A stretch of DNA of 64,000 nt from Chara braunii (GCA_003427395.1 BFEA01000020.1:2576113-2640112), one strand, 5' to 3'. Counted from the first letter of the stretch, positions 38,007 through 51,829 are shown. A program made the numbers and translations. Notes: generated by a model not told the origin, from the sequence alone.

Positions 38007-41000
38007 TGTACCACTGTATCTTATCTGGTCAGTCCTGTCTCGCCGTTTATACCTTCCGCTGTTGCTCCCATCTTACTGGCGCGTATTGCGATCCTAGTCA
38101 CCCGTAGGCTGCGCCAGGTGTGTCGCTCTGTGTGTTCTTTTGTCGTGCTTGCTGCTGCTTTCAAATCCTCACTGCTCCTTCGACGTTTTGCGACGGCTCT
38201 CCTCGGTTCCACGCCTCTTTGTTGCCTCATAACCGAGCTCTTGCCATCAACCTTCCCCGTGGTCACCACCTCCCAAGTATAGATCCCATAGCGCACCTGG
38301 TTATCCTCCACTTCACATCCCCGTATCTTCATGCCCCCCGCCTCCACAAGGTTGATCCCAAGAGGTACGTAGGATTTCCTTCCCCGCTATGTCGCCTCGA
38401 ACCTCCCAGATGCTGATCATCAACACCTCGAAGCTTCCTCCGATCACTGCTATACTTCCTCCGATTGTCGCGCTGGCGTCAGCACATCTGGCAGTCACTG
38501 CGCGGGCTTCGCCCACTCCGGCTTTGCATGGCCGGTGGACGCCGATGTCAAGTTCGCGAGCAACTGGGATGCCAGCTTGGCAGCCATCACCCATGAGCTT
38601 GCACGATGCCTGGCGGGCGGGCCCTGCCGTCCGCGGGTCGCGAAGCGCTAGCGCCTATTTTCCGTTCCGCGAGGAACATCACTCTCTACTCATTCATGAT
38701 CTTCGACGACTTCGACCCATCTCAACATTCTAACAACATAGAACTAACAAACTTCATCACAAGAAAAAATTTAGTAGACCCATTCCGATTGATATACCCA
38801 GAAGAGAAACACTACTCTTGCGTTAGGAAAACCACGCTCAACAGAACCTCATTTTCTAGAATAGACTCATCTCCGAATTCCTGCAGGCATTGTTCAAGAT
38901 TGCAAAATAGAAAGAGCTCCCTAGCACAACGGATTCGATCACAAACCCATCACACCAGATCTCAGATTTTTGAAAAGTGGATACTTGGGAAAGAGCTTCT
39001 ACCGTTTCAACATGCCCTATTAACTAGCCAAACCTTCCAAACTGAGTTGAAGAGTATATTAGCCCACTCTCTTCAGAAGGCGGAAGGAGAAGACATCTTC
39101 ACTCAGTTCCCCAAGATCATCAACAGTATCAGCTCAAAAGTGGCCTTAGCATCAAGAAGGCTGACCACCCAAAGAAACGAGAGGGAAGAGATGTTGAGAA
39201 ACGCTATAGACATAGCCGAGATCAACCTAAAGCATAATACCAACTCAATTTCCTACGTAGACCTCTATTCCAAATCGAAAGAGGAATTAAGTGAGTGGAC
39301 TAAACTGAAACTCAGAGGCCTTCAACTAAGAGCAAGAGTAAAAGACTGGGAATTGAACAAAAAAATAACCAAACACTTCTTTCAAAGAATCAAATCCAAC
39401 TCCAGGAACGCCAAGGTAGAAAGCCTCAAAGGCACAAATGGAAACCCCACCTCAAAAACTACCCAATTCATCAACATAGCAGCCAACTTCTATAAGGACC
39501 TATACTCCAGCAAAACCCCAACGGGAATACACAACGAAGTCACAAGGGCTAGGAATAAATTCTTAACACACTTGGATCACTCCCTTTCTAAAGAAACAGC
39601 TAACCAATTAGAATAACCCATTACCTTGGAGGAACTACACAAAGCTCTCAAAGATATGAAACCCAACAAAGCTCCAAGAAGAGATAGATTATCCAAAGAA
39701 TTATGGCTCGCAAGTTGGCACACGTTAGACCCCCTTTTCCTAAATTTCCTAAATAAAGCATGGACAAAGGAGTCCCTAGGAGTAGACCTAAGTACATTAG
39801 TAACACTTCTATACAAGATGGGAGACAAGGAAAATATCAGAAACTACCGCCCCATTTCACTGCTCAACGTAGCTTACAAAATCGTAACCACGCTGCTACC
39901 CACAAGAATCAACCGAATCACAAGGAATTGTTTCCATCTAGACGAAACAGGTTGCATCCCTGGAAGACTCATCTTAGATAATGTTATGACATTGAGTGAA
40001 TCCATCAGATTAATAAAACAAAAAAGAATCACAGCAGCCTTACTGTTCTTTGACTTTGAGAAAGCATACGATCAAGTTAACTGGGATTTCCTACAAATCT
40101 GCATGGAAAAAATGGGAGTAGGCCCACATTTCCGCAAATGGGTAAGAATCTTATACAATGACGCCCAAGGGATAGTGCAAGTCAATGGTTTTCTCTCCAA
40201 TCCATACAAAATGACGAAATCGGTAAGACAGGGGACCATATTAGGAGGCGCAAAATCATACCGCACAATACCTGGTTCAACCAATAAAATATAGCTCCGT
40301 GGCGATTCCCTCGTGCTCCCATCCCAAAATCGCGGTTGATCCTGCTCCGAAAAAAGTTCGTGTGAATTGTACACCAACCTCCCTTTCCGAATCATACCGG
40401 CGCGATAACGTGTCGGCACTGCTAATCAATCCGTCGCCCCCTCACGCGTGCTAAAGAATCGGAGGATCACCGCCTTCTCGAACATCTCAAAGACAAAGTA
40501 GTAACTTTGTCAAACTGAATTTAGATATACCAATTTTCATGTTCAATTTTCATTCCCTTCCTGGGCCGTGATTCTTCTGTCACGGTCCCGCCGCGAAAGT
40601 AGTGCCTACTTGCACTTCTTTTGACACTAGTTGAAACACGAACTGGGCTTCTTTTGACGCCAGTTCCCCACATGCTGGCGGCTCCTAAGACGGCCACCCA
40701 ACAGGGTACTAGATTCAGCCTCCCCTTTACCTGAAAACATGAGAAGGCAACTACTCTTAGTTTCAAGACACCCTACCCTCTAGGAAGTGGTCTGGAATAC
40801 CCCTTTTCCTCGCCCGAACACGTTGTTCAGGACTTGGAAGCGGGCTGGCTCCACCGTGATACAGCGTAGTATTCCCCCGTGAATACGGTCCACTCCGGGT
40901 CGATAGCAAGGCCGGCTCCTAAAGCAACGAACCCCCGCCCCAGATGCCTCCTAGAGAGGAGTCTTGACCCTTAGGTGCAGACAACTTCCTCTTTGCCTCC

Positions 41001-41716
41001 ATGCAAGGGGTTGACTTAGACGAATCAAGATGAAAGGGAAGTAAGACTATTCGACATTTAAAGTGGTCGCCCCTCTTACGTGCTAGAGTAGGAAGAAAAA
41101 AAGAAAAAAAAAAGCAGCAGCAGCAGAAATCAACATAGGGAACGGCCAACTACTACAACACGGAAACAATTCTAAATGGCTATACCAACAAGAACAGATA
41201 CGACCTACAAAAGCACGGCCCATACAGATTTTCACCACGGGAGCAAGGGTTTAGGGTTTTCGTCAGGAGCACACTCAGCACAGCAAGTACAGCCCCACAG
41301 AGCACAACCCATATAGATTTTTACCATAGGAGGACGCATCAGCAGTTCCGGCAGTAAAAAAAAGTCCAGAAACACGGACAGAGGCAGAGGGAGAGTAAGG
41401 GTTTAGGGTTTAGCGTGCAGGGCATAGGCCTTAGAAGCTATCTACAACTTCCAACTAACAGAAATTTCAAACGTCATCAAATACCGGAACACCTAAGGTT
41501 CTATATCTACTTAGCAAAACCAACAGCATACGAGTCTGGCCAGTAACTTCAGTACTTAAATCTGGTCCGACAGCCGAACAGCTGAGCGGAGTAAGCTAGT
41601 CAAGTCCTACGAAGATACACCACATGCCACAAACAGAAGTAGCGTAAGCCAGCCTACCTAGAGTGTCAGGTCCTAAGTCAAGCAGGCTAACTTAGGCAGG
41701 GGTGAGGGGTGGTACA
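38007..41716. mobile_element. Possible LTR-like element bounded by TGTACCAC...GTGGTACA, interrupted by the L1 fragment
   Basis: 8-bp terminal inverted match, telo-boxes at ~41248 and ~41398, and shared segment 40776-40956; no TSD. Confidence 0.3.
38690..40237 (+). pseudogene. L1-clade ORF2 fragment (end of APE endonuclease, linker, RT N-half)
   Basis: LVDPFR...SRID, DHKPI, TKHFF, KAP..D.L, NYRPISLLNVAYKI, PGRLILDN, DFEKAYD, SVRQG; truncated at both ends. Confidence 0.92.
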
Positions 41717-43834
41717 TCCTTCCAAAAGGAAGTAATCAATGCCGTCCACTCGGGCCTCTCACCATAATGGGGAGGAGAGTATGTGCATCCTTATTGTATT
41801 CATCATTGACTTGCCGGGGGAACAGGAACCGGACTGTTGCTCCCCAGAATGGTAGGAGCCAGAACCTTGAGGTTCTGAGTTTTGTACAAAAAAAAAAAAC
41901 AAAGAAAAAGGATTTGCGTATCAGACATTTGCTGTTTTCTTATCGATAGTATGTAGTTTAGGGTGTCATCTGCTTTGTACGGAGCTTGCTTTGCATCCTA
42001 GATCTTAGCATAGAGGTTCGAGGATCGTGCAGCAGTACTCTGCATGGGCTATGGGCCAGGCCCATTTTTGGCTATGGCCCTGGGCCTGATCTCACAGGCC
42101 ATTTATTATTCCACCCGGTACCAATGTCAGTATCATTTTAGTCCAGTCAGTCCATTGGGGGTGTACCCCGGCATCAGTCTGTTCTTTGATTCATTCTACA
42201 TTGTGCGATTGTGAGGCTACAGTGCGTGTTAGGTGTGTGCTGTTGCCGTCATGCTTGACAGCCTTTCTCCACCACCACCATCTCCACCTCTCTCTCTCTC
42301 TCCTTCATCACAGATGGGATCTGTCATCTTGGTAGACCCGGTTACAATGGTAGAACAGAGCACACATGTGGTGCTGAAGATTATAATGGAAATGTTTCCA
42401 GGGTTATTCACACACACACATACCCAGAGAGAGAGAGAGAGAGGGAGAGAGAGAGAGAGAGACTGTGTGTGAGTGTGTGNNNNNNNNNNNNNNNNNNNNN
42501 NNNNNNNNNNNNNNNNNNNNNNNNNNNNNNNNNNNNNNNNNNNNNNNNNNNNNNNNNNNNNNNNNNNNNNNNNNNNNNNNNNNNNNNNNNNNNNNNNNNN
42601 NNNNNNNNNNNNNNNNNNNNNNNNNNNNNNNNNNNNNNNNNNNNNNNNNNNNNNNNNNNNNNNNNNNNNNNNNNNNNNNNNNNNNNNNNNNNNNNNNNNN
42701 NNNNNNNNNNNNNNNTGGGGGGGGAAGGGGATGGGGGGGTGGATCGGGGGGAGAGGAATTGAAATGGAGGGAGAGAGGGAGGACTGCAGTTTTCCCAGTC
42801 GTGATGAACTTTTGGAGAGAGCTGTAAGAAGGTGCTGATCTGGTAGTGCCTTCTTCTCTCCTTCAAACCTCCCACAAGGCCGCAACATTTATTTTGCTAC
42901 AATGCAAGCTGTATAAAGCTGCATGTGCAACTATACATATTATTAGGAGAAGACAATCTCATCCATTCCGGGAGCGAGGGAGGTTTTATATTACATCCAA
43001 AATGAATCTCCGAATCAGTAAGTCTCATCACAACAAATCTGAAAATGGAGAAAAAGAGTGCCGCCCGCGGGCTGAAGATGGAAAAGGCCTTCTGACTCTT
43101 CTGAGAACTTAAAGAACGGTTGCTGTTCTCAGGCTTCAAAGAGTTGGATGGAAAGGGTTGAGAACAAAAGAGCCATTGAAAAGAATAAGAAACACGGAAA
43201 AGCGTTCGGGGGAACTTCGGGCACATTTGAAGCATGAACACCTGCTGCGACTTGAACACATTCACAGCCGCATTTACTCGAGATGGACACTCAGAGAGCA
43301 ATGCAGAAGAGAGAAAGAAAACTAATGGCGGGCATAGGAGGAGAAGATGGAGATTGATCCAGACTCCAGAGTGCGTGAGCACGGTCATGTGTAAGGTAAA
43401 CAGACCAGCCATTTTGTAATGTGACAAAGAATTTCAACGATTAACACGGTCGGTAGAACTTATAATAGAAAAGTTAGGACGAACAGCAACAAAGGCAGGC
43501 AGCATGGAAAGTAACTGGGGACTGTAGTAATATGCCAACCAAATGTGTATCTTTATGCCTTAACCGGAAGGCAAAGCCCTTCATGCAGGGCACCCCTAGA
43601 AATACAAGATCCCTTTAGTGCTGGCTGATCAAACTCATTCCTCTAATGGCTACAAACTGGAAAATAGAAAAGAAATTAAAGAATCCATTTACGAACAGGA
43701 AAATGTCTTTAAATAAAAATGTATCTAGAACTACTCCCTAAAAGAATTGCTACGAGTACTACCGAGGAATACAAATACAGGAAACCATATCTGAGTCCTC
43801 TCAACATTGTCCTCTCTCATTTCCTCCCCCCTCC

Positions 43835-43982
<148 letters not shown>

Positions 43983-44363
43983 CTCACTTTCTCTCACTCT
44001 CCGCCCCCCCTCCCCCTCCCTCCCCCCTCTTCTCCTCCTCTCTCTCAAATCGACCCACAACACACATAAAGCTGTAACAAGCTCAGATGCATGAGATGGG
44101 TGCCAGAATTCCAGTGTAAGGGAGAAGAGAAACCGCCTTTGCCCTGCCCAAAGAGGCCCATGCGCTCTTTGCAGCACACAGATGGCTGAGCAACCGAAGT
44201 TCCAATAGGCCAGATGCAATGGCACAGCCTTCTTTCCTTCCTCGAACAAGATGCTCTACACACAACACAGTTCTGATATCGTTGGTAACCTCCTCCTCCC
44301 TGTCCCCTCCGCGGAAACACAAAATGAAAAAGAATCTCTCCGCATCTTCCTATACTCAATTGA

Positions 44364-47300
44364 TCAACCAAGCCACCTTCGTAAAAGACTGGATCGTCCC
44401 CGTTCAAACACAGGCCTCCGGCCCGAGCCTTGTCTTTCCTCGTCAGCTTTGGCAAATGAATCCCTGTCAACGCCAAAGCCAGGAGAAGATCTTAATGAAT
44501 GATGTTGTTGTTCATCCTCGTCAGCCCAACTCTGAAGCATACTCGTGTCCATGGGTCCACGCTCTGGCTCTCGTCCATACCCTCTATCCCCTGGTCTGAA
44601 AATGAATGTGTGTGGCTCATTTGCCTGAGGCAAACCTCTGCCATCTCCAACCACCCCAGTTCCTCCATCTTCAGGGTCACCACTCGTAGAGCTTCCTTCA
44701 CTGGAGAAGCTGTTTGCCCGCTTGTGCTCCGGCACATGTGCAGCATTGCCGTCGCCAATGGATGAGCGATTGCTGGACGACTCACTCTCTTTCATATCCG
44801 CATCGACTCCACCACCCCACATACCATAAAAGCCACCAACACCAAACTTGACACCTGATTTCTCACGTGCTCCAGGAGAGGGCGCATTCCAGTCATTCTT
44901 GAGTCTGTCAATTTGATTCACAGGGAACTTCAGTGGCATCATAAGTCGGTGCTCAAGAGGCCCACTTCTGTCAATCTCCACCTGTAGATGTCCAAAGTCC
45001 GTGCCGGCAGCTCCCCTTGTCCTGTTCTCCACCTCCATCTCCTGCAATTGATCTATGTACAACCCCTCGAATGGGCTCCCTACGGAGAAGCCTCGATCAT
45101 GTCCCCTTCCCCCTGCTGCTCCCCATGCCGACTCCTCCTGCACCGATTCATCATCATAGAACTCAGATCTCATGTCTTCACCATCCGAACTCTCCTCGTC
45201 ATCCTCCACCTCAGTCTCCTGTGGCAAAGGAGACATGGGAAGCTTGCTGCTGTCTTCGTCAAAAACATCCTCTGGCATATCTCCAGTCTCAGAAACATCT
45301 GTCTCTGCCTCACTCTTCTCCTCTTCCCCTTTCTTGATAGTTGGTTTCTTGATCTTCACATCAAGAGTGAATCCTAGGCGATAGCCAAACCCAATTGATG
45401 CCATGGGGCGTGGCCTACCAAACAAGCCATCCTCACCTGTACTTCCTGTTCTTCCGAGTCCATCAAGCAGCTGCCTTCCGTATCTACGGTCAAACTCCTC
45501 ACGTGTTGGGCTCATCCGTAGCCGCTGTTCCTCGATGATCGCATTAATTGCATTAGCCCGCTGTACCATCAAAGGCAGCTGTGTGCGCCTTGGCTCCTCC
45601 TGCTTTGTTTTCACATCCGTTGCCTCCACACTCTCCGACATCTCCCTCTCTGCTAAAACTTCAGTCTCCTCTTCAGCAAGTGCATGCCTATCTCCTGATG
45701 CTGCTACCAAAGATCCCTCTACCTCCTCTTCATCCGCATTCTGTAATTCTGTCCCTGAAATGACATTGCTGGCCTCGTCTTGTTGTGTGGGACGTCCATC
45801 TTCCCCTTTGCATCTCTGGTCTCTGACAGCACCCATTCCGATATTCATTTCTCCCTCTCCCTCGTACTCTGCCACATCCTCTACCAGCTCCGCTTCCCTT
45901 TCCTCCCCTTGTATCTCTTCTCCCTCAACCAGTTCTCTGTTTCTATCATTCCACATTTCTTCTGTATCATGCTCAACCGCACTTGAGCCCTCTTCAGTTC
46001 CTCCTCTTTCCACATTTGCCTCCTCGTCGAAGTCCTCTTCAATGAGATCATTTTCCTCGAAGTTCATGGAGCCGCGGACACTCATCATCAGTCTCTCCAC
46101 CCGCTGTTGAACCTCCGCAGAATCGTCCTCGTTCTCTGACTCGTCCAGCTCCAGTCGTTCCACCAATGACTGCAACTCGGTGTCATCATCATCAGATGAC
46201 TCATCCTCCTTCTCGGAGCCGTCATCATTGGCCACTCTTTGCCTACCCACCATACCTGCTTCTTCATCCCCAATCTCCTGCCCAAACCCATCATCATCAG
46301 CCACAGGTTTGCTGCTAACACCCATGTTTTCAACACCACTCTTTTGGGCCTCCTCCACAGGAAGGGGCATTTCATTTGCAGGTTGTTCCGACAAGGTTAT
46401 CTTTTCTCTCCGTCCCAGGGTCACCTCTTTGACTTCGACGACCAAAGATTCTCGGCGGCCAGTCTCATGTTCAAGTCCCTCGTCATCCGACTCATCTGAA
46501 GAATCTCTTGCTGCTGCATCATCCTTATAATCTTCTTCCTCCTCAGCGGTATGTATGCCCTTCTCAACCCTTCCTGAGGCTTCCTCATTGTGTTCCTTCT
46601 CGACAGCCAGGGCGGCTTTTTCTACCCCAGACACTCCCTCTGCTACCTCTGGCGATGAGATCTCTCGAGCCCTTACCTCATGCCCCTGCAGTGTTCTTGT
46701 CGTTGTTTCGGTGCCTGTGCCTGTGCTAGCTGCCTTGCTATCATCCATCCGCTCCCCTCTCTCCAACATCCCACGCACCATCTCTATCTTTTTGCTGCGC
46801 TCGTGCTCATCTTCTTCCTCCTCTGCCTCCACAGGAGCTGCATATTGCTGTTTTGCACGCATTACTTCTGCTCGTGATACATGATCAACAGTGTCCGATT
46901 TCGGTCGTAGCTTCTCAATGGCAAAGCTTGCCTCCTCAAGAGCTCTCTCCTCACATGGCTGTGGCAGCTTCGTGTTGACTGCCTTGTCATCCTTGTCACC
47001 TATCTCCTCCATGTCCATCTTCACAGTTCCCCAAAGTCCATCGTCCACCTCTGCCGAAGGACAAGGAATTTTGCCAACTTTATCTTCCACCATTCCCTCA
47101 TCCTGTGCCTCCTGTTTTGCATCATTGGTTCTTCCAAAATCTTCAGAAGTTTTCACAGTCGAGCCCGCTGCATTCTTTGGAGAGCTCGTTCCTTCCCTCT
47201 TAACAGTGCCTGATGTATCATCTGATCGCAAGTCTCTTTGGATATCTTCCTCACCACTGCCTCCCAGCCGGCGCGGAAGAATGTACTCCAAAAACCACCT

Positions 47301-47531
47301 CCCGGCCCAATCCTTGAGTACCCCAATCTCAGGATCTCCAAACGAATATCCCGGGAACAGCTCGTCGGCAATGGAAGGTGTAGACTGATGTTCATACCCT
47401 TCAAAAGCTGAGCTTCCTCTGTTCTTTGGAAAGCTGAAGGACTTCCTGAACGAACCCCTGAGCTCACCAGGGCTTCCTTCTTTTTTCAGCCGATCCATCT
47501 CCAAGCAGATATGCAGAGCATCAACAACACG
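44364..47531 (-). CDS. Large terminal exon of a host gene, acidic and probably disordered (~1055 aa)
   Basis: Uninterrupted 3.17-kb frame with a phase-0 acceptor TTGCAG|CGT at 47532; the ORF-track extension upstream is microsatellite and gap. Confidence 0.75.
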   Translation of the reverse strand, partial: RVVDALHICLEMDRLKKEGSPGELRGSFRKSFSFPKNRGSSAFEGYEHQSTPSIADELFPGYSFGDPEIGVLKDWAGRWFLEYILPRRLGGSGEEDIQRDLRSDDTSGTVKREGTSSPKNAAGSTVKTSEDFGRTNDAKQEAQDEGMVEDKVGKIPCPSAEVDDGLWGTVKMDMEEIGDKDDKAVNTKLPQPCEERALEEASFAIEKLRPKSDTVDHVSRAEVMRAKQQYAAPVEAEEEEDEHERSKKIEMVRGMLERGERMDDSKAASTGTGTETTTRTLQGHEVRAREISSPEVAEGVSGVEKAALAVEKEHNEEASGRVEKGIHTAEEEEDYKDDAAARDSSDESDDEGLEHETGRRESLVVEVKEVTLGRREKITLSEQPANEMPLPVEEAQKSGVENMGVSSKPVADDDGFGQEIGDEEAGMVGRQRVANDDGSEKEDESSDDDDTELQSLVERLELDESENEDDSAEVQQRVERLMMSVRGSMNFEENDLIEEDFDEEANVERGGTEEGSSAVEHDTEEMWNDRNRELVEGEEIQGEEREAELVEDVAEYEGEGEMNIGMGAVRDQRCKGEDGRPTQQDEASNVISGTELQNADEEEVEGSLVAASGDRHALAEEETEVLAEREMSESVEATDVKTKQEEPRRTQLPLMVQRANAINAIIEEQRLRMSPTREEFDRRYGRQLLDGLGRTGSTGEDGLFGRPRPMASIGFGYRLGFTLDVKIKKPTIKKGEEEKSEAETDVSETGDMPEDVFDEDSSKLPMSPLPQETEVEDDEESSDGEDMRSEFYDDESVQEESAWGAAGGRGHDRGFSVGSPFEGLYIDQLQEMEVENRTRGAAGTDFGHLQVEIDRSGPLEHRLMMPLKFPVNQIDRLKNDWNAPSPGAREKSGVKFGVGGFYGMWGGGVDADMKESESSSNRSSIGDGNAAHVPEHKRANSFSSEGSSTSGDPEDGGTGVVGDGRGLPQANEPHTFIFRPGDRGYGREPERGPMDTSMLQSWADEDEQQHHSLRSSPGFGVDRDSFAKADEERQGSGRRPVFERGRSSLLRRWLG

Positions 47532-47538
47532 CTGCAAG

Positions 47539-47631
<93 letters not shown>

Positions 47632-48865
47632 NNNNNNNNNNNNNNNNNNNNNNNNNNNNNNNNNNNNNNNNNNNNNNNNNNNNNNNNNNNNNNNNNNNNN
47701 NNNNNNNNNNNNNNNNNNNNNNNNNNNNNNNNNNNNNNNNNNNNNNNNNNNNNNNNNNNNNNNNNNNNNNNNNNNNNNNNNNNNNNNNNNNNNNNNNNNN
47801 NNNNNNNNNNNNNNNNNNNNNNNNNNNNNNNNNNNNNNNNNNNNNNNNNNNNNNNNGTGTGTGTGTGTGTGTGTGCAATGTGTGTACATAGGAGTGGACG
47901 TGGGTGCATGTTTGTGTGTTGGTGCTTGTTTGTGTGCGCATGGTAGAGTTTGTGGGTTGTAACCGTTCACAACAACACGATCTTCAGGTTTAGAGTCCAT
48001 CAGCCCGCAGTTCCCACCCTCAACCCACCCCCATCTTTCGCATAAGACGTAAATCGTTCATTCAAGCATCCAACTCAATCTTTACCAATCCTCAAAGCGG
48101 GATTAACATGGATTACAGAAACGAGCCACAGCAGCATCACAGGACTGCAAAATGTCAGAGTCACAGAGTGTAGTTGTATCGTTGATAGAAGATAGCCGGA
48201 GGATGCATCCTTTTCTATGCATGTCAGCCATTTGTCCATGCGGCGCAGCATGTCTGATTCTTTTTTCTTTGTTTCCAAAGGGGGTTCGCTGTGAACCCTG
48301 TTGTGGCAGTCTGATTCCAGCAGGATTCGGGTTCATGACCTGTTACATTTGTATACCGTTCAGCCACATGGGTTGTTGGGTGGCTTGCTGTGGAATTAGA
48401 ATCAATGGATCAAAGGAATATTCCCCATAGCAGAACCATACATAGCAGGAAGCCATGTCGTTGTATTGATCTGATTCTACTATTCTAGCAGGAATTGAGC
48501 TCGTGAGCGGTTGGTTACGTGTGTACGCCGTTCAGCAACATGGGTTGTTGGGTGCCTTGAATGGATCAGAGAAATACACCCCATATCAGAATCATAGAAG
48601 GGAGCCACGGTGTCCAGAGCCACCAAATAGTTGTTGTGTACATGACCTCTGAGCTAAACAATTCTACGGAGGAAAATGAAGATGTATGAATGATGTACAT
48701 TTCACGGAGGAAAATGAAGATGTATGAATGATGTACATTTCTTTATTATTATGCTTCTAAAATATACAGGGTTGGACGAGGTCTACAACACTCATTTTTA
48801 TTTGTTTAGGGTTTCAAGACATATTTTATTTGTGGCCATGATTAACAATAGATGTCCAGCCTTAC

Positions 48866-49006
48866 CTGGGACACAGAGAAGGATGCACACTCCACAATAA
48901 TTGCCCGAATGTCTTCCTTCGCACTAACGAGGGCAGGGTCTTCCCTGACAGCACTCCCCTTCTGCTTCATGCCTTCTTCGATTTCCGTACCTTCAACCGA
49001 TGATAT
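48866..49006 (-). CDS. Internal exon of the same host gene
   Basis: GATCAG| acceptor and CAG|GTAAGG donor; 141 nt, phase 0/0, compatible with both neighbours. Confidence 0.5.
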
Positions 49007-49312
49007 CTGATCACACAAAGGAACCACGTGGAGGAGGATGACTTTGATGAAAGAAGAAACAACGACAAAAGAAACATGATGGAAACCAACCAGGCAGTGT
49101 GACCGATCCTAACAGCCATGGAAAGCAGGATTCATGCTCATACTAAAGGACTCGTCGAAAGCTTGCAAGGCTGATTGATATGTTGAAACTTGAAAGGCTG
49201 GCAGCCTTGAACCCCATAGGACTTGCCATCAGTTGCAATTGCAGTCCTAGTTTAACATATGAAAGCCTTCCTCCTTTTTTTTTCTATAATCTATCTATAT
49301 TAGATTCTATAA

Positions 49313-51034
49313 TCTATATAATCCTTTTAAAGCAAACCCGGGTCTCGCGTGACAGGCCCACACAAAACCTGGGTCGCTGTAGACCTGGCCCTCCGCAGGA
49401 GTTCCTGTTTCGGGTGCAAGGGAACCGATGGGGAGTGCACTCTCTCTCTCTTTTTTTTTTCCTTCAATCAGCTCCACAGGTCTTCAGTTTGTGTTTCGTT
49501 TCCTCCCAAAAGGGCGCACACTCTCCTTTTGGGCGCGAGTTGTTTCTAGTGTTGCGCCACGGTGTTAGTGCGTTTGGATGTAGGCATGCACTCTCCTTTT
49601 GGGTGTGCGTGCTTTGACCCACCGTGGCGCAGTGTTAGCCCGCGTTTGGGCGTAGGTGCACACTCTAGTTTTGGGCGCGAGTTGTTTCTAGCATTGCGCT
49701 GTGATTAGTGCGTTTGGATGTAGGCATGCGCTCTCCTTTCGGTTGTGCATGCTTTGGCCCACCGTGGCGCAGTGTTAGCCCGCGTTTGGGCGTAGGCACA
49801 CACTATTTTGGGCGCGCATGCTTTGGCCTACCGTGGCGCAATGTTAGCGCGTAGGTGCATGCTGTTGAATGTTGGAATACATAGTAGCCCGCACAGAATG
49901 GATAGTGTTGGGATATCGGCCCCCCCTCTCCTACTCGACATTTGACACAAATCTGGACTGTCTCATGCAAATGATACATTCCCATTTTTCTTTTTTCGTG
50001 CGCACCTATGCTAATCTTCTTTGTACAAAGAACAAGAGGATGTATGACAAACATGAGGACGACGATGACGACAACCAAGGGGATGAGGAGCGGGAGGAGT
50101 AAGAGAGGGACCGCCGGGACCTCCACAAAATGGAAGTTTCATTTTGGGTTTACGAGGCTCATATTCAAACCTCAGGATATGAGGACTGGGAGGACGGTGA
50201 CTGGGAGGGCAACGACCAGGAGGGGGAGGACAACGGGCGGGAGGAGGAGGAGGAGCTTGGGGGGACTTGGGAGGAAACGGAGTGGGAGGCACCCCACTCA
50301 ACTCGTCAACATTCGACAAGTGTCTGGACAGTTTCATGCGTGGGATAGGAGGAGGATGACAATGACAAATGGGAGAGGAGCAGGGGGAGGGAGAGAAGGA
50401 CAAGCGGGACAAGGAGCTTAGGGGAACTCAGGAGGAGGACGAGGGGCAGGGGCTACTCAACATTCGACATGTATCTGGAGGGTTTAATGCACAAGATACA
50501 TTCCGACTGATCAAACGTTGTTCTTTTCTGTGTGCAGGGGCCATGCTAATCTTCCGTTTACAATGAGTGGGCGGAGTGATGACTAACAGGAGGCGGAAGA
50601 GTGAGAGGAGGAGGAAGAGGACAAATGGGAGGATGAGGAGGGGTCACAGAACAGGAAGACGCAGGAGGACGACCGAGGGAGCGGACAATGAACGGGAGGA
50701 GAAAGGATGACCAACAAGAGTAAGAGTGAGACAAGGAGGGGGAGCATCCTCCCCCTCCTCCTCCCGCTTCTCCACCCATGCGACGATGCGTGGAAAGATG
50801 ATGAGCAGGAGGAGGAGAAGGGGCGGGAAGAGGAGGAAGAGGAGAGGAGGGGAACCAGGATGTGGTGGCGGAAGAGAAGCGAGAGGAGGGGAAGGATGTG
50901 ACGAAGTGGACAAGGGAGAGAAGATGGGCGGGGAGGAGTAGGCGGGCGTGGAGCACGGGGTGGCAGGAGGACGACGGATGGAGAAGGTGGCATGCGGAGG
51001 AGGAGAGAGAGGGCGTGCCATTTGTGCTTCAAGC

Positions 51035-51124
<90 letters not shown>

Positions 51125-51589
51125 AAAAATTGCACCACAACAGCCCCTATTCCATCCACACGAGTAGATACGAGTTGAGCCAGCTCAACAATTAAAGAAT
51201 TTCACCTCTTTAGCAAGCAAAAATGTGAATCATAACAGAAGTGTTTAGAACTGTGTTTAGCTGGGGTTTCTTCGGGGCAACAGCTCCTCTTTTACTATGC
51301 CTCACACGTACAAGGCTGCCCACGTTGATGGTGGTTGAGTGGCAGCTGCCCACATCCCTGTGTGCCTTAACGGCCCACTTGCACGTTATTACAGGAGGCA
51401 GAGTAAAAGGTAAGGTATGCTCCTGTGCATTTCTCTTCAGATCTGCATACTACTGTTCATTTCACTTTAGATCTTCAGCTTATACTTAGTCTTTGTGTTT
51501 GTCCTTCATCTTCATACTTCCATTCATTTCACTTCCGATCTTCGTATCGTCTGTTCTCTCAGCGATGCTCATTCGTATGTATTTGCTAG
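49313..51589 (+). mobile_element. Possible non-autonomous Helitron-like composite with minisatellite and U6 fragments
   Basis: A|TCTATATAATCC...TAAAGC start and TTTGCTAG|T end, but the subterminal hairpin is poor; ~143-bp tandem units at 49525-49860. Confidence 0.3.
50531..50554 (-). pseudogene. U6 snRNA fragment (second shorter copy at 49999-50025)
   Basis: Plus strand TGTGCAGGGGCCATGCTAATCTTC is 23/24 complementary to U6; ATGCTAATCTTCTTTGTA at 50008-50025 is 17/18. Confidence 0.7.
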
Positions 51590-51829
51590 TAGCACAAAAG
51601 GGGAGGGTGGAGGGGAGGTGGAGGGAAAGGGATAGAAGGCGGTTCCATAGGAGTGTGGGTAGGGGGATGTGGAGGGTAAAGGGCAGGAAAGAAACATGCG
51701 AAGGACAGGATAGAGTATGACATGCAAAGGTCAGGGGAGAGGTGTACGACGAACTTCGGAGAATTCTAAACACTCACCGCTGGAACAGACTACTCTAGAA
51801 CGGCACAGGGTTGCAAAAAAAATTGAAAA

